Source: Cyanophora paradoxa CCMP329 (taxonomy: Eukaryota > Plantae > Glaucophyta). Taken from it: a DNA stretch of 64,000 nucleotides. Below, piece after piece: positions 26,863 through 38,559 of the stretch (its first letter is position 1; each line of letters opens with the position of its first letter). The position numbers and the translations under genes were made by a program. A model generated the notes under the pieces. That model did not search any database, was not told the DNA's origin, and saw nothing but the letters and a program-made list of their open reading frames with translations. Where the stretch lies: contig QPMI01000428.1 of NCBI GenBank assembly GCA_004431415.1, positions 186,001-250,000 on the forward strand, in the 5' to 3' direction.

Positions 26863-27441
26863 ACACGCGCATGTACACCGACCATCAAACTGCGAGGGAG
26901 ACCTGAATGCAAACGCGGATGGCATCAGCGATCATGAGATGCCTTTAGAAATATTCAAATACGTATACGCTCGCGATCGCGATCATACGCACTCTCAATA
27001 TCGTTGACGAACTTCGCTTCAGTGCCAGTTCCTGCGTGCGTATACATATGCATGCGTAAAACGGACCATCATACACGATCGCAAGCACAACCGTCAACTC
27101 GCCTTCCACGGGCGATGTGCCGCCTCCGGCAGGCTCATTTCCCAAACAGAATGTGTAGTTCCCCTGGGCGAGGTCGTTCCAGCCGCTCCCGACGGGCAGC
27201 GAGCGGATGCCCGGCAGCAGGCGGTCCGAGAGCGCCCCGACCCCTGCGCATTCGCGCGGACTGCTCATTAGCACACCATGGCCATCCGATGATCGATCTG
27301 TGAACGTTTGTGCAGCTGGCTACGGGGGCAGTCACCGGGGCAGCTGCAGCCGAGGAGCACCGCTGCGGCGAGTGCGAATAGCAGCGAGAGACGTCGACCT
27401 CTAGATCTAGAACTCGAACTCGAGTTCGAAGAGCGGCCCAT
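23393..27441 (-). CDS. Large secreted, probably GPI-anchored surface protein with (SP)n/Pro-rich stalk, multi-exon; 5' exons approximate
   Basis: ATG 27441 with signal LSLLFALAAAVLLGC; globular Cys-containing N-terminal exons; PTPSPSPSASPSPSP linker; polybasic RRRLL; C-terminal YWPSTGA..LGAALQLAAIAGLLAIAA*. Confidence 0.7.
26766..26860. repeat. (TA)n microsatellite with one interruption, intronic
   Basis: Seen directly. Confidence 0.98.
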
Positions 27442-27804
27442 CCCGCCTTTCTGTGCGATGATCGTGCACGCGTACGTACGCGTGGACTGCCGAAACGAGA
27501 CTAGTAGCTATATATAGCTAGCTAATAGCTATAGCAGTCACCGATCATCGGATCAGCTGCAGCTGCAGCCTGCCACCCAAAGCTGCCAGGTTGCATGAGC
27601 ACTGCTGACTCAGTGAGCGAGCCGAGATGCTCACTGAGCTCGAGTCAGCTGCGCGCAGCCTGCAGAGTCAGTGAAGACTGCAGTGAGAGCTCAGGTAGCA
27701 GCTCATGATCAGTGAATTCGAAGAGATGCGCTGCTCCGCATGCGCATGATGCGCATGCGGATCCGGATCCGGATTCCGGAGCGAGCCGGCTCGATCGATC
27801 TTAG

Positions 27805-27950
27805 TACTGTAGAACTAGAAATATTTAGTGGGCTGCATATTTATAGTACTAAAAGTTTTTTGGCGATCTACTAACTATTTCCCGCCTGCTAAAGACGAGA
27901 ATTTGTAGGGGTAGTCCCGTCTCCGCCATACAAAAGCCCTGAGAAGACCG
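27805..27950 (+). mobile_element. Dispersed repeat or MITE-end remnant, copy 1
   Basis: tactgta.aactagaaatattt..gctgcatatt..gggtagtcccgtctccgc..gaagac shared with 29575-29750. Confidence 0.65.
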
Positions 27951-27994
27951 ATCTACTAAAGATTTACCAGCTGCTAAAGTGGCAGTTTTTGGCG

Positions 27995-28195
27995 TAAATT
28001 GCCGAGGCGCCGTCGCCTATATAGGCGCCGAACTCGGCAATTTAACGACTCGGCAATGTTGCCAAAGTTGCTGGGGGTAATTTTCTTAGGCCGCCATAGA
28101 GCAGAATCTGGATTCGGCAATTTATCGAACCGGCAATTCCGGTTCAACGGTTTTGGGCGAATTCGGCAATTTTTCGCCTTGGCAATTTTCCGCCT
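27995..28195 (+). mobile_element. Remnant of a repeat family with cggcaattt/aattgccg internal motifs
   Basis: aatctggattcggcaatttatcg..cggcaattccgg..cggttttgg..gaattcggcaa shared with 39750-39840. Confidence 0.65.
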
Positions 28196-28885
28196 CTTAT
28201 AGGCTACAGCCTACAGGCTACCGTAGTACAGACTGTACAGTATAGCCTGTATTATAGGCTGTATAGGCTGTATAGGCAGTATGCGCTACGAGTTATGGCT
28301 CTATGGCGCGATTTCCGCTATACAAACCTTTTTCAAAAGTTTCCGAGTCAAGTTGATTGACTCGACTCGGCAGAGCTTTCGACCAATGGCCGCCCGGTGC
28401 CCGGTTTCGAGTCAGATTAGTGTTGCCACACTAACTTGCCAGTGTACAACTTGCCACACAACTTGCCAGGTGCCCGCGTTTTCCCCGTACTAATTCGACT
28501 TGAAAATGCCAGTGTTTTCTGATTGGGCACGTGACGGTATATTTCGCATGCTATATAAAAGCTGCTGTTGGCAGTTACTTGACGGCGGTTACTAGGACTG
28601 TACCAAGTAGCTACTAGAACCTGCCAGATAGCTAATTTACATAAGGGCAGGATCTGCCAGTTTCGCCCATCGGCAGGAAATTTTCTTCCTACCGGTAGGC
28701 GCCAACTCGTAGCGATAGCTAGTCACTGAGTGCGCATGGCAAAAAGAACGCAGTTCAACGACCTTATCGGAAGTGAAAAAAACCGGTCCACTCGCACGTC
28801 CAAAAAAGTACAAAAACAAATTAAAAAGTTGGAGGCTTGACAGCCTTGACTCCGTTTGAGTGCTTGCAAAATTTATTGCGGCAAG

Positions 28886-29110
28886 TTTTTTTTTTTTGGT
28901 GAATTACCGGCCACAGTCTCTAGACACCAGCACTGCGGGGGCTGCCCAGGGGGCATAAAGACAAAAAAGCAAAATAACTAAGACAAGAGCACGAAGAAAG
29001 ATAAGACAAAGAGCCAAAATCGACAATAAAAAAGGAAAGACACAGAGCTCGAGACAGATCGATAGCGAGAAGAGACGATAAATCGAGCAGATTTCGAAGT
29101 TATAAAAGAG
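28886..29110 (-). mobile_element. Young 5'-truncated copy of the LINE 3' end
   Basis: T12 then near-identical reverse complement of 57849-58043; 13-bp TSD attgcggcaagtt at 28875-28887 and 29111-29123. Confidence 0.93.
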
Positions 29111-29389
29111 ATTGCGGCAAGTTAAAAGAACCGAATTTCGAAGTTATAAAAGCTGAGTGCTATGTATATATAGCTATAGGCTAATAATAGTTTATAAGTT
29201 TAAGTATTTATAATGTAGGCTAATACTGGTATAGGCTAATATAGCTATATCGATATCTAGCTTCTACATTAAGTCTATACCAGTATAAGTTTTCTGGGAG
29301 AGGTGCACCGTGCACGTGCCGGTGAGGCCTCGATCTCGGGCCTTCGAAAAAACAATTCTCGGCCCCACGGTACTCTATTGGCGATTCCC

Positions 29390-29540
29390 GGCCCGGCCCG
29401 GAATCCCGGCCCGGATCCGGATTCCGGGCCGGAGACTCCGGACTCCGGAGTCCGGACTCCGGAGTCCGGACTCCGGACCCGGGAGTCCCGACTCCCGGAG
29501 TCCCGAGTTCGGAGTCCGGACTCCGGCCGGGATCCCGGTA
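29390..29540. repeat. Period-7 self-complementary tandem array (ccggact/ccggagt)
   Basis: ccggactccggagtccggactccggagtccggactccgg seen directly. Confidence 0.9.
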
Positions 29541-29574
29541 CTACTGTAGAACTACTACTAGGCTAGCCTAGTAG

Positions 29575-29750
29575 TACTGTATAACTAGAAATATTTGGCA
29601 TGCTGCATATTTGTTGTAATAAACTTTTTGGGCGACCTATATACGGTAACTCACCAAAACAAAAAACTACTTACTAAGTTAGTAGATATTTCCTTCTTAG
29701 GGGTAGCTATAGTCCCGTCTCCGCGCAAACAAATGTCCTGCGAAGACTCA
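29575..29750 (+). mobile_element. Dispersed repeat or MITE-end remnant, copy 2
   Basis: Homologous to 27805-27950 with small insertions. Confidence 0.65.
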
Positions 29751-31011
29751 TAATCAGTGACTCAGAGTCTCATGAGCATGATCGATATCAGAGTCTCATG
29801 ATCAAGATCGATATCAGAGTCATATAATAGTACTAATTTGCGCGCGCATGCGCAGGTTCCAATTCGCCCCGCCGACTACACGGTAGTCTCTCTAAATTTA
29901 AAAAGGCGAAAATTGCCGATAATAAACCGGTGCGAAAAACCCGTACCCGGTGACCTTTGCGAACTTTAGGCTTTAGCTGGCGCTTGCGAGCTTGCGATTG
30001 TTTTTTCTGGTGAATAATCTGATCTGTGAATTACCGAGCTTGCGAACTCTACACTGCAGCCGCTGGCCCGCAGTCGGTCCGCAGTGACTCCGCAGAGTCC
30101 GCACTGGGCCCGCAGAGTCGGCGCAGACCGTCGGACCGTCGGACAGCCTGAGACAGGCCATGGCCATTGGCCAGGCCCGCAGTCACTGAGTGCAGCGAGG
30201 CCCGCTGCGAGCCTGCGCATGCGACTCGGCGAGGGGACAATATACGGTTATATGCATATGCACCGTTGTCTGGACTCTGGATCCGTGGCACGGCGCGGCG
30301 CCGGCGTCGGCGCCCCCGTCAGACGGCGTCAGTACAATGAGTACATGGCCGTATACTAATGATACGTAAGTTTTTTGGCCCGTAACACGGGTGGCCGCCG
30401 GGCGTGATCATGACGGGCCTTGTGTGCGATCAATGTGACTCAGTGTGATCAGAATTGGTCGATGAGAAGCAGCATTTTCGCCAAGTTACGACCGTCCAGT
30501 GAAAGGAACTCGGAATTCCCCGACTCGGCGATGGTTGGATGTCCCCGCGCCCCCCCCCCCCCCCCCCCCCGCCAGGGGCCCGATCCATCCCACCCCCAAC
30601 CCCCCATGGCCACCCCCTCGAGCTCCCCGGCCCCCCACCCGCCCCTCCCTTCTGATATCGATTAAGCACCGCCGGCGCCGCGTGCCGCCGGCGCGCGCCC
30701 TCTCGAGCTCGGCGGGGCAGCTGAAAGTATACGTACCGCCGGCCCGTGCCGCCGGCCGCGGTGCGCATGCCCCCTCGAGCTCCCGGCAGCTGCGCATGCA
30801 GCTGCTGGCCATGGCATATCAGGGCGTGAGCCGGGGCTCCCGTGTATACGTATACTTATAATTATGCGTAGGTATACGCATGCGCATCTCGAGCTCGAGG
30901 GCATATGATTACAGGATCATATGATCATATGAGGAGCATCGCAGTGAATTGGAATCACTTTAATTTTGCCACTGGGCCAAGTAACGACCGTTCAGTGAAT
31001 TCGAAAGAAAT

Positions 31012-31034
31012 TTTATTGGTGAATTACTGGCCAC
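31012..31034 (-). mobile_element. Ultra-short (~23 bp) LINE 3'-end insertion
   Basis: tttattggtgaattactggccac resembles the LINE terminus ttttggtgaattaccggccac; flanked by aaagaaat at 31004-31011 and 31035-31042. Confidence 0.7.
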
Positions 31035-32491
31035 AAAGAAATATTCCCAAGTTGATATCGATTTCCGCAGTTCCCGGTAGCTATAGTTCGCTGTGATCAC
31101 TGATTGGGGAAGGGTAAAACACTTCCCCTGTCCCTCTCCTTTGGGCCCAACCCTACCCCAAATCGCGTTTCCCCAACCTCCTCAAAACCCGGGCCGCGCG
31201 GTACACCCTGAAAGCCCATCCCCAGGGGACCCCGAAACCGTGTCTCCCGGTCCCGTCCGACCAAAGGGTGATCCAGGAACAGGCGCCAACACCCGGGACA
31301 AAAATGGGTCCAGCGACGCACAGGGAGCAGATATACGGGCCAGACCAGTTCGAGGTCAATGCTTGCATCATGCTTGACATTTCGTTTTGCAGGAACGAGG
31401 CCGGGTACGAGCGCGGTCGCGAGGGAGGACGCCGCGCGCGCTAGCCAATCACATTGGAGAGTGCGAACTTACCCTGAGAAACCTCTTAAAGTACCCCCCG
31501 GCCGCTTTCTCCCCCGGGCGCCGCAGCTCGGCTCGGCTCAACAATGGTTACGCCTCTCGCGCGCGCGGCAGTTTGCTGTGGCTCAGCGGCTAGCCGCGCC
31601 AACCGCGCACGCCCCGACGCAATTGCACAAGACGGCCGCAAGCCGGCCGCACTTGGCCGGCTATGCCACTTGCAACGAGCCGACGCCCGCGCGGCGCGCG
31701 CGCCGCGCGACGAAGAGCCCCCGCGCGCGCGCGACGCAGACCCCCCCCGCGCGCGCGATGCGCATGCTTGCTGCAGCCGCTGATCATGAGCTGGCCCGCT
31801 GCGCAAGCGCCCTTACGGACCCTCCGGCCGCTTTCTGAGCGGAGCGTGAGCTTGAGCAGCGTCCCCGCGCCCGCGCCCAGATCGCGCGGAGGCCTAGGCG
31901 CCGGCCGCGCCAGCCCCTAGGCCTAGGCCTAGGCGCCGCGCGCCTCCGCGCCACGCCGTGACGCACCCGCAGCACATGCGCACTCGTGCACCCGCCACGC
32001 CTCACGCGCGCGACGACCGCGCGCGGGGCATGCGCGCGCAGGAGGTCGAGCACGCCCATACAAGGTTCCGCGCCCTATATAGCTAGGCACTGAGGCCTAC
32101 CTACCTCTAGAGGACAGCTCGCCTCGATCGCGAGGACAGCTCGCCTGGCATGGCCAGCTTCGGAGCCGGCCCGGCGGCTCGCCCGCCCACGTGCACCGCG
32201 CGCCTTCTTAAGCTTAAGCTTATATAATTATGCTTAAGTCCCTGCTCTCTGCATCTAGATCTAGATCTTCGGATACGCCGCGGTTACATGCCCTTCCCCG
32301 GACCCAACTGACGCGCGCGCGCGGCAAGTCAGTGGCCCTTTTATAAATAGTTACGTATATGTATACTTTCGCTACAATCCTCTTCTTGTGTGCAGACATC
32401 TTTCAATACTTTGATGCTCGTTACTGCCATATTTCGCTTGTATTGTCTTCATTTAAAATCCCTGACTCTGCACTTTAAACTTGAAAGACGG

Positions 32492-35470
32492 CTACGCGCT
32501 CGAGCCGTGCCCCTCGATGAGGTCCGGGACGCGGTCGAAGGGCGTGAGCCAGAAGTTGTCGCGCAGGGTCCGCCACCGCCAGAAGTTCCGCTCCTCCAGC
32601 CCGCACTGCAGCGGCACGTCCCACTCCCCGCCCGCCTCCCGCACGTCCTGCGCCCCGTACCCCTCGGCTCCTCCCCCCCCCCCGCCCCGCCCATCCAAAA
32701 ATAACCAACCGACCTTCTGCCAGGAGCGCATGCCCTGGCACAGGATGCGCATCGTGAGGTACGCGGCCGGCACCAGCGGCGCCGTCGTCCAGTCGTACAG
32801 CCTCTGCGGGGGAGGGGAGAGGGGGGTACGCGCGTGCATCGGGAAGACGAAGAAAAAACAAGTCAAAGCGGGGTACGGGCACGCACGTCGACGTCCTGGA
32901 GGAACACGAGGTCGACCTGCGCCGGCGCCGGTATGAGAAAGGGAACTCAGGGAAAGGGGAGGGTAGGGGTAGGGGGGTACACGCGCCGACTCGTTGAGGG
33001 CGCGGACGCGGGCGAGGATTGTGTCGAAGGGGGCGGGGGCCTCGCCGGCCCCCGGCGCCAGCGCCGCCCGCCGCGGCGCGTACCGCTCGAGCAGGTTGGG
33101 ATCGTCCAGCAGCCGGGCCGGCCTGGTGGGAGAAGTATAAAGGGAGGGCGGGTAGCTTAAGATTAAGGGCCTGCGCGGGGGGGGGGGGGGGGGGGGGGGG
33201 CGGGAGAGGGAGGGGGTACCGGGCGTCCATGGCGGTCTGGAGGAGCAGCGGGGCGAACCAGTAGTCGACCTCGCAGTGGGGGAGCTAGAGTGGGGGGGGG
33301 GGGGTACGCTTCGATTGCGAGACGGATGGAGGGACGGGAAGGGGGGAAAGGTGGGGGGTACCTGGTGGAGGGAGAAGATCGTGTAGCCGGGGTGCCCCAG
33401 GCAGGTGACGCTGCGCGGCTCGCGGTGACGAGGCTTCGGCATCGACGGGAGTTGGGGGGGAGGGGGGGAGGGGGGGGGTGGAGCGCACTGGGGGTACACG
33501 AGGGTGCGGCCGGAGCGGAACGCGACGAGTGCGGCCATGCGCAGCATGTGCAGCTGCGGCCCCGAGTCTCGCGGGGGGTACGGTGGGCCGGGAGAGGAGG
33601 GGGTACGCGCCTGGTCGGCGATGGTGCCGCGGCGGAGGTCGAAGGATGGCGCGAGGAACTGCGGGGCGGGGGGCGTGAGCCGCGACTGGGGGCCGAAGGG
33701 GGGGGGGGTTAGGGAGGAGGGGGGTACGCGCCTTGCGGCCGCCCCAGTAGAAGCCGTCGGAGCCCGTACCCCACCAGCCGCGGCTGAAGAAGAAGTCGAG
33801 CTTGTAGCGCGGCTCAACGAAGTTGCTGGGAGGGCCTCAGGCAGCGAGGGGGGTACACTGATTTCAGGGGGGGGTAGCCGCACTTGTGGAGGACGGAGAA
33901 GGAGACGTCGGGGGGTAGGGTGTGGGCGAGCCACCCCGCCAGGCCGCCGTTCGGGCTGCGGTACCCCGGCTCAGCCCGGGAGCGGGAAAGGGGAGGGGGG
34001 TGGAGGGGAGGGGGGTACAATTTGTGGAGGTCGAGGAGGCAGAGGGTGAGGCCGAGGTTGAGGGTTCTGTTCTTGACAAGCTCATTAAACTGGGCCTGGT
34101 CCCACAGCTGGGAGGGGGGTACCGTAAAGGCGGGACCTCGGCGGAAGGACGGAGGGGGTACTGGTACCTCGGGATCGTAGCGGAGCATAAAAGCGAGGAA
34201 GATGTTCGCGACGTAGGGGGTAGACGCCACCGACCGGGCGTGGAAGACGCCTGCGCCGAAAGCTCGGATCGGACCGGGAAAGGGGGTGTGGGGGGGGTGG
34301 AAGGAAGGGGGGTACCGATGTTGACGTCCTCCTTGTCGATGTCGGAGTGGGCGTACGCGTCGCTCGTCATAGTGAGGTCGCAGCGGGGCGGGACGGCCGG
34401 CAGCGGGTTCTCGAACACGACCGTGTCCGCCTACCCCCGGGCGGAAGAGGTTGGGGGAGGGTATGAGCGCGAGGGGGGTATAGCTTCTCACCTCGAGCAC
34501 CATGATGTCCACGCCGGTCCTGCGAAGGCCGGCCGGCCGGTCGACACGGCAAGCGCGCTCAGCGGCGGGAGATGGGCGCGCGCACCGAAGGCAGTTGTAG
34601 ACTATGAAGAACTTGCCGAGGGTCTGTGCGCGGCGGCGGCGCGGCGCGCGGCGGGGGCGGTCTCAGGAAAATCAGAGAGAGGACGGGGCGGGCGCGCGGG
34701 CGCGCCGAGTGGCGGTGGTACTCGGGTACGAGGAAGGCTCGAAAGCCGAGCGCCGCCGACTCGCGCGCCACAAACTCGTCCAGGGCGAAGACGACGGTGC
34801 TCTCCCGCAGCTCGGCCCGCTGCGCACCGGAGGAGGGAGATCAAATCGGGATCAAATTCGGAATTCAGGTTCGAATTCGAGGTTTCGGATCGTGGATCGG
34901 ATCGCGGGCGCACGATGAGCGAGGCGAAGAGGTTGACCAGGTGCGTGTAGACGCGCTGGTCGGCGTACGTCACGACGGCCGTCGCCTGCGGGTTCGCCGC
35001 CGCCGCCTCCCGCAGCGCCGTGCGCAGCCGCAGCAGCGTGTGCCGCTCCATCAGCGGGTACCGGACCGTCTCCCGCCAGTCCGACGCGTTCTTGTCCGCC
35101 GGGAAGCCCTCGTCCCCTTGGTAGCGCACGCTGTTGAGGAACTGCGGCGGCGCTCAGCGGGCGGCGGAGCGAGCGGAGCGCTTCGTCCGCGCGCGCACGT
35201 CATCGGTGATGGCGAGACGAGTGTCCACGGACGGGTCGAGCTTCCGCCGCTGCCAGAAGGGGCACCCCTCGCGCTCGAACGTGCACGAAGGCCGCTCCGT
35301 TGGGCACGACAGCGGCGGGCCGTCCGACGCTGCGCGGACTCGTGAGCGCCGCTCGTTTGAAGGCGGCAGCGATCGCTGGAGGGACGGGCGGGGGACGCGG
35401 GTCGCTTGCCTGCGAGCTGCAGCCCCGCAAGCACGAGCACCACGGCCGCCAGGGCAGCGCGTGGCGCCAT
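32492..35470 (-). CDS. Nucleotide-diphospho-sugar transferase (GT77-like) with N-terminal signal or anchor and C-terminal extension, multi-exon
   Basis: MAPRAALAAVVLVLAGLQL; TVVFALDE; GVDIMVLE|ADTVVFENPL (DxD-equivalent EAD); CDLTMTSD; VNI|GVFH; LWDQAQFNELV. Confidence 0.75.
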
Positions 35471-35822
35471 CGGGCCCGTGACGCTCACGATGGCCACGCA
35501 ACAGTCGCCGCTGCACCTGGCCAGACTTCCTCGACGCTCCACGCCGCCCGCTCCCTCGATGTCGCTCAAACGCCGCCGCTGACCCGCCGAAATGAGCCCG
35601 ATCGCTTGCGAGCGTTAGCTGCGCGAGTTCCTGCGATAATGGCCTCGTTCTAAGCCTGCCGACGTGCCACCTCACGGGCAGTGTACGCGTACCCTGGCCA
35701 AAAGAACAAGACCGGCCCGCGCTCCGCGCTCCGCAACCAGAGCTCCGGCGGCGTGGAACAAGTTAGCTACGCGACGCGGGCGGCTCACTGCCGCGATCGG
35801 GAGTCGATCGGGAGCCCGCGAA

Positions 35823-37093
35823 ATGGCAGGCGGGGGCAATCCCGGCGGCGGCGCGCGGCGGCGTCGCAAGGCTGCGCCGGACTCTGAGGACGACTCGGAC
35901 GGCGTCGCGGAGGATGAGGAGCTCGCGGATGACGACCTCCTCGAGCCGACCGCGGCGGAGTGGCAGCGCGTCCTCAGCGAGAGCATCGGGCAGGCGACGT
36001 ACGCGCCCGGGCGCGGAGGCGCGGGGCCGCCCGCTCACGGACGCGGTCGCCCGCACGTGCAGGAAGCAGATATCGCGCGGCGTGCTGCTCCCCGGCGGGC
36101 AGGACGTGCGCGTCACGGAGCCGAGGGGAAAGCACTTCCAGATCCTGGGCGCCCCGGCAGAGGACAACACGTCCGAGTTCATCATATCCACCGCCGAGGC
36201 GCTGTGCGTCCCGTAGCGCGGTCGCACGCGCCGCCCGCGCTCGTTTCCCCCGCCGAAGCTTAAGCTTCGCCCGCGGGCTAAATCTCGGCCGCAGGTACCT
36301 CATGCAGCTCGGGATGCTGGAGGTGACGCACGAGGCCGGCGTCCCCTTGTCGATGCAGGAGGTGCGCCGGCGCGGCGCCGCCCGCCCGCCTTCTCGCGCC
36401 CCCCGGCGAGCAGCGGCGTGCGCCCAGATGATGGCGCTCTCGCTGGGGCCGGCGGGCCTGGAAGCGGCGGCGACCGCGGGCCCGCCGCGCCCGCGGACGA
36501 TGGAGCAGCTGACGGCCTTCTCGCGGCTCTCGCGGATGGGGTACGTGGCGCTGCCGCGGGCGGCCCGCGCGGCGGCCCCGGCGCTGCCCGAGGCGGCCCG
36601 GCTCCACTTCGACCTCTACAAGCCCCCGCGGCGCGCCGGCTTCCGCAAGACGGACCCGGGGCCCCCCGACTTCCACCTCTTCGCCTTCTCGTGCGCCGTA
36701 CCCCCCCCCCTCTTCCGCTTAGGCCCGCCTCTTAAGGCGGGCGGCAGGGCGGCGGGGGAGGCGCCGGACGCGAGGCAGCTGGACGCGATGCGCGGGGCGG
36801 CGCCGGGCGGGGCGCCGCTGCTCGCGGCGGCGCTGGACGACGGCGCCTCGCTCGGCGTCTACGCCCTCAGCGCCGGCGGCCTCCCGACGCTGACCCCCGC
36901 GGACCGCGTCCCGGCCCGGCCCCCCGGCTCCGGCCGCGGCGGAGGGCGCGGGAGGGGGCGGCCCGGGCCGGGGCGGCGCGGCGGGCCCGGTGCCGCCGCC
37001 GGCGCTGACGGAGAAGCCGCGGCGGCGGCGGCCGGGGAGCTGGCGCCCGGCGCATCGAGCGCCAGCGCCGAGCCGCCCTCGGGCGGGCCCTAG
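35823..37093 (+). CDS. TSEN54: tRNA-splicing endonuclease subunit Sen54-like
   Basis: VTEPRGKHFQILG, AEAL|YLMQLGMLEV..GVPLSMQE, AFSRLSRMGYV, HFDLYKP..GFRKTDPGPPDF match conserved Sen54 blocks. Confidence 0.8.
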
Positions 37094-37250
37094 CTATATT
37101 CAGCTGCCCTGGCCTCCAATCCCCGAACCCTGCGGCACTGGCGCCGCTCTCGGGCGTTCAACGGTTTCCTAGCCGGCCTCCCCCGGCCCCCCCACCCCCC
37201 ACCCCCACCCCCCACCACCACCACCAACCATTCAATCCTCTGTCAATCTC

Positions 37251-37283
<33 letters not shown>

Positions 37284-38225
37284 CACGAGTCACGAGTCCA
37301 TTGACCATGCATATATGGCCAGTGCCACTGTGCCAGCGCTATAGATGCAGAGACTACCGCAAAGTTTTACTTTTTACCGCCGCGGCGCATGAACTTTCGG
37401 AATACGTATATACCGCGCTCACTTATTTAGGCCAGCCGCTGGCCTAGGCCTGGGTTGGGGACTCGGGAGCTCGAGCTCCGGTCTGCCAAGTTGACTCGAG
37501 CTCTCCGCTACGAGCTCGAGTTCGCGCAGCATGCCGGCGCCGCTACGCGTTCGATCGCGATCGCGAGTAGGGAAGGGGGGGGGGGGGGGGGGGCGGGGGG
37601 GCTACGTATACGACTGGAGCTCGAGGATCGGAGACTGCGGAGACTTGAAGTTGACTCGAGCTCTCCGTTGAGTCGGGACTTTTATGATTCGCCATATGCG
37701 TGGCCACGTGCACACGCTGTACATGTACATGTGACGCGTACGTCGACATGTCCGATGCATATGATCATGATCATGATGTCCAGCTGCAGCCGAAATTCTA
37801 GCGCTAGCGGAGCAGGAAATTTTGAGTTGTCTGTCTCGCCGTGCAGAAGTTGACCTCGGAGGCCAGGGCGCTGCGCCCCGGCCCCCTCTTCAGCCCTCGC
37901 GATCGGCAGCTCAAGGCCCGCCCAGGCCCCAGGCCCCCCCGCTCCGGCCCCCCAACTGCCCTTCCCGGGACTCGAACGCTGGCCATGGGGCAATTGCAAT
38001 AAGACGCCGGCCGGGTGCCCGGCGCACTGTTAGCTCGGCTATAGCTAGCGCTAGCTCGCCGCGAAATTAAACTCGGCTTTCCGCGAAGAGTTATGGGCCT
38101 TAGGAGCGATCATCGGATTTCCGCCATACATGTACATGTACAAAATTTTCTGAGCCAAAATGTACGGGAAGTTCGTCGTCGGAAAGGTTCTCAGTCTGAC
38201 TCTCACAGTCTCTCAGATGATGATA

Positions 38226-38479
38226 CCGTAAAAACACTTAATTAATGCGCCCGATATTAATGCGTTTTTGGACCCGGACCCCTCCCATGGGAAATAATGC
38301 GCCCCCAAATTGATGCGTTTTGGAGCTTTCTGCCTGCGTTTGGGGGGTACGTACTGCAGTTTCTTAGGGTTTTCCAATTAATGCGCCCCCGAATTAATGC
38401 GTTTTGCCAGCAGAAAACGCATTAATTAGCTATAGGGGGCGCATTAATTAAGTGTGCGCATTACTTAAGTGTTCTACGG
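38226..38479. mobile_element. 254-bp MITE with TA target duplication (Tc1/mariner-pogo type)
   Basis: TA|ccgtaaaaacacttaattaatgcgc ... gcgcattacttaagtgttctacgg|TA imperfect ~25-bp TIRs; internal ttaatgcg/cgcattaa motifs. Confidence 0.88.
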
Positions 38480-38559
38480 TAGCTGAGGCGCCGGCTACTA
38501 GTACTAGTAGCCTACTACTACACTCCGGTAGTAAACGTAGTACTGTATAAATTTAGTCG

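Noticed and set aside
26560-26937. ORFs with IYIYIY runs
   Set aside because: Translation of the (TA)n microsatellite.
27400-27800. Clusters of restriction-site hexamers suggesting vector or polylinker contamination
   Set aside because: They occur throughout the window, inside introns and repeats, as self-overlapping tandem palindromes that differ between paralogous copies.
30000-32400. Short ORFs and possible promoter or TE remnants
   Set aside because: No coherent spliced gene, domain motif or terminal repeat was found.
38226-38479. Regularly recurring ttaatgcg motifs suggesting a CRISPR-like array
   Set aside because: Motifs are short, occur in both orientations and lie within TIRs with a TA duplication; no cas genes; this is a MITE.
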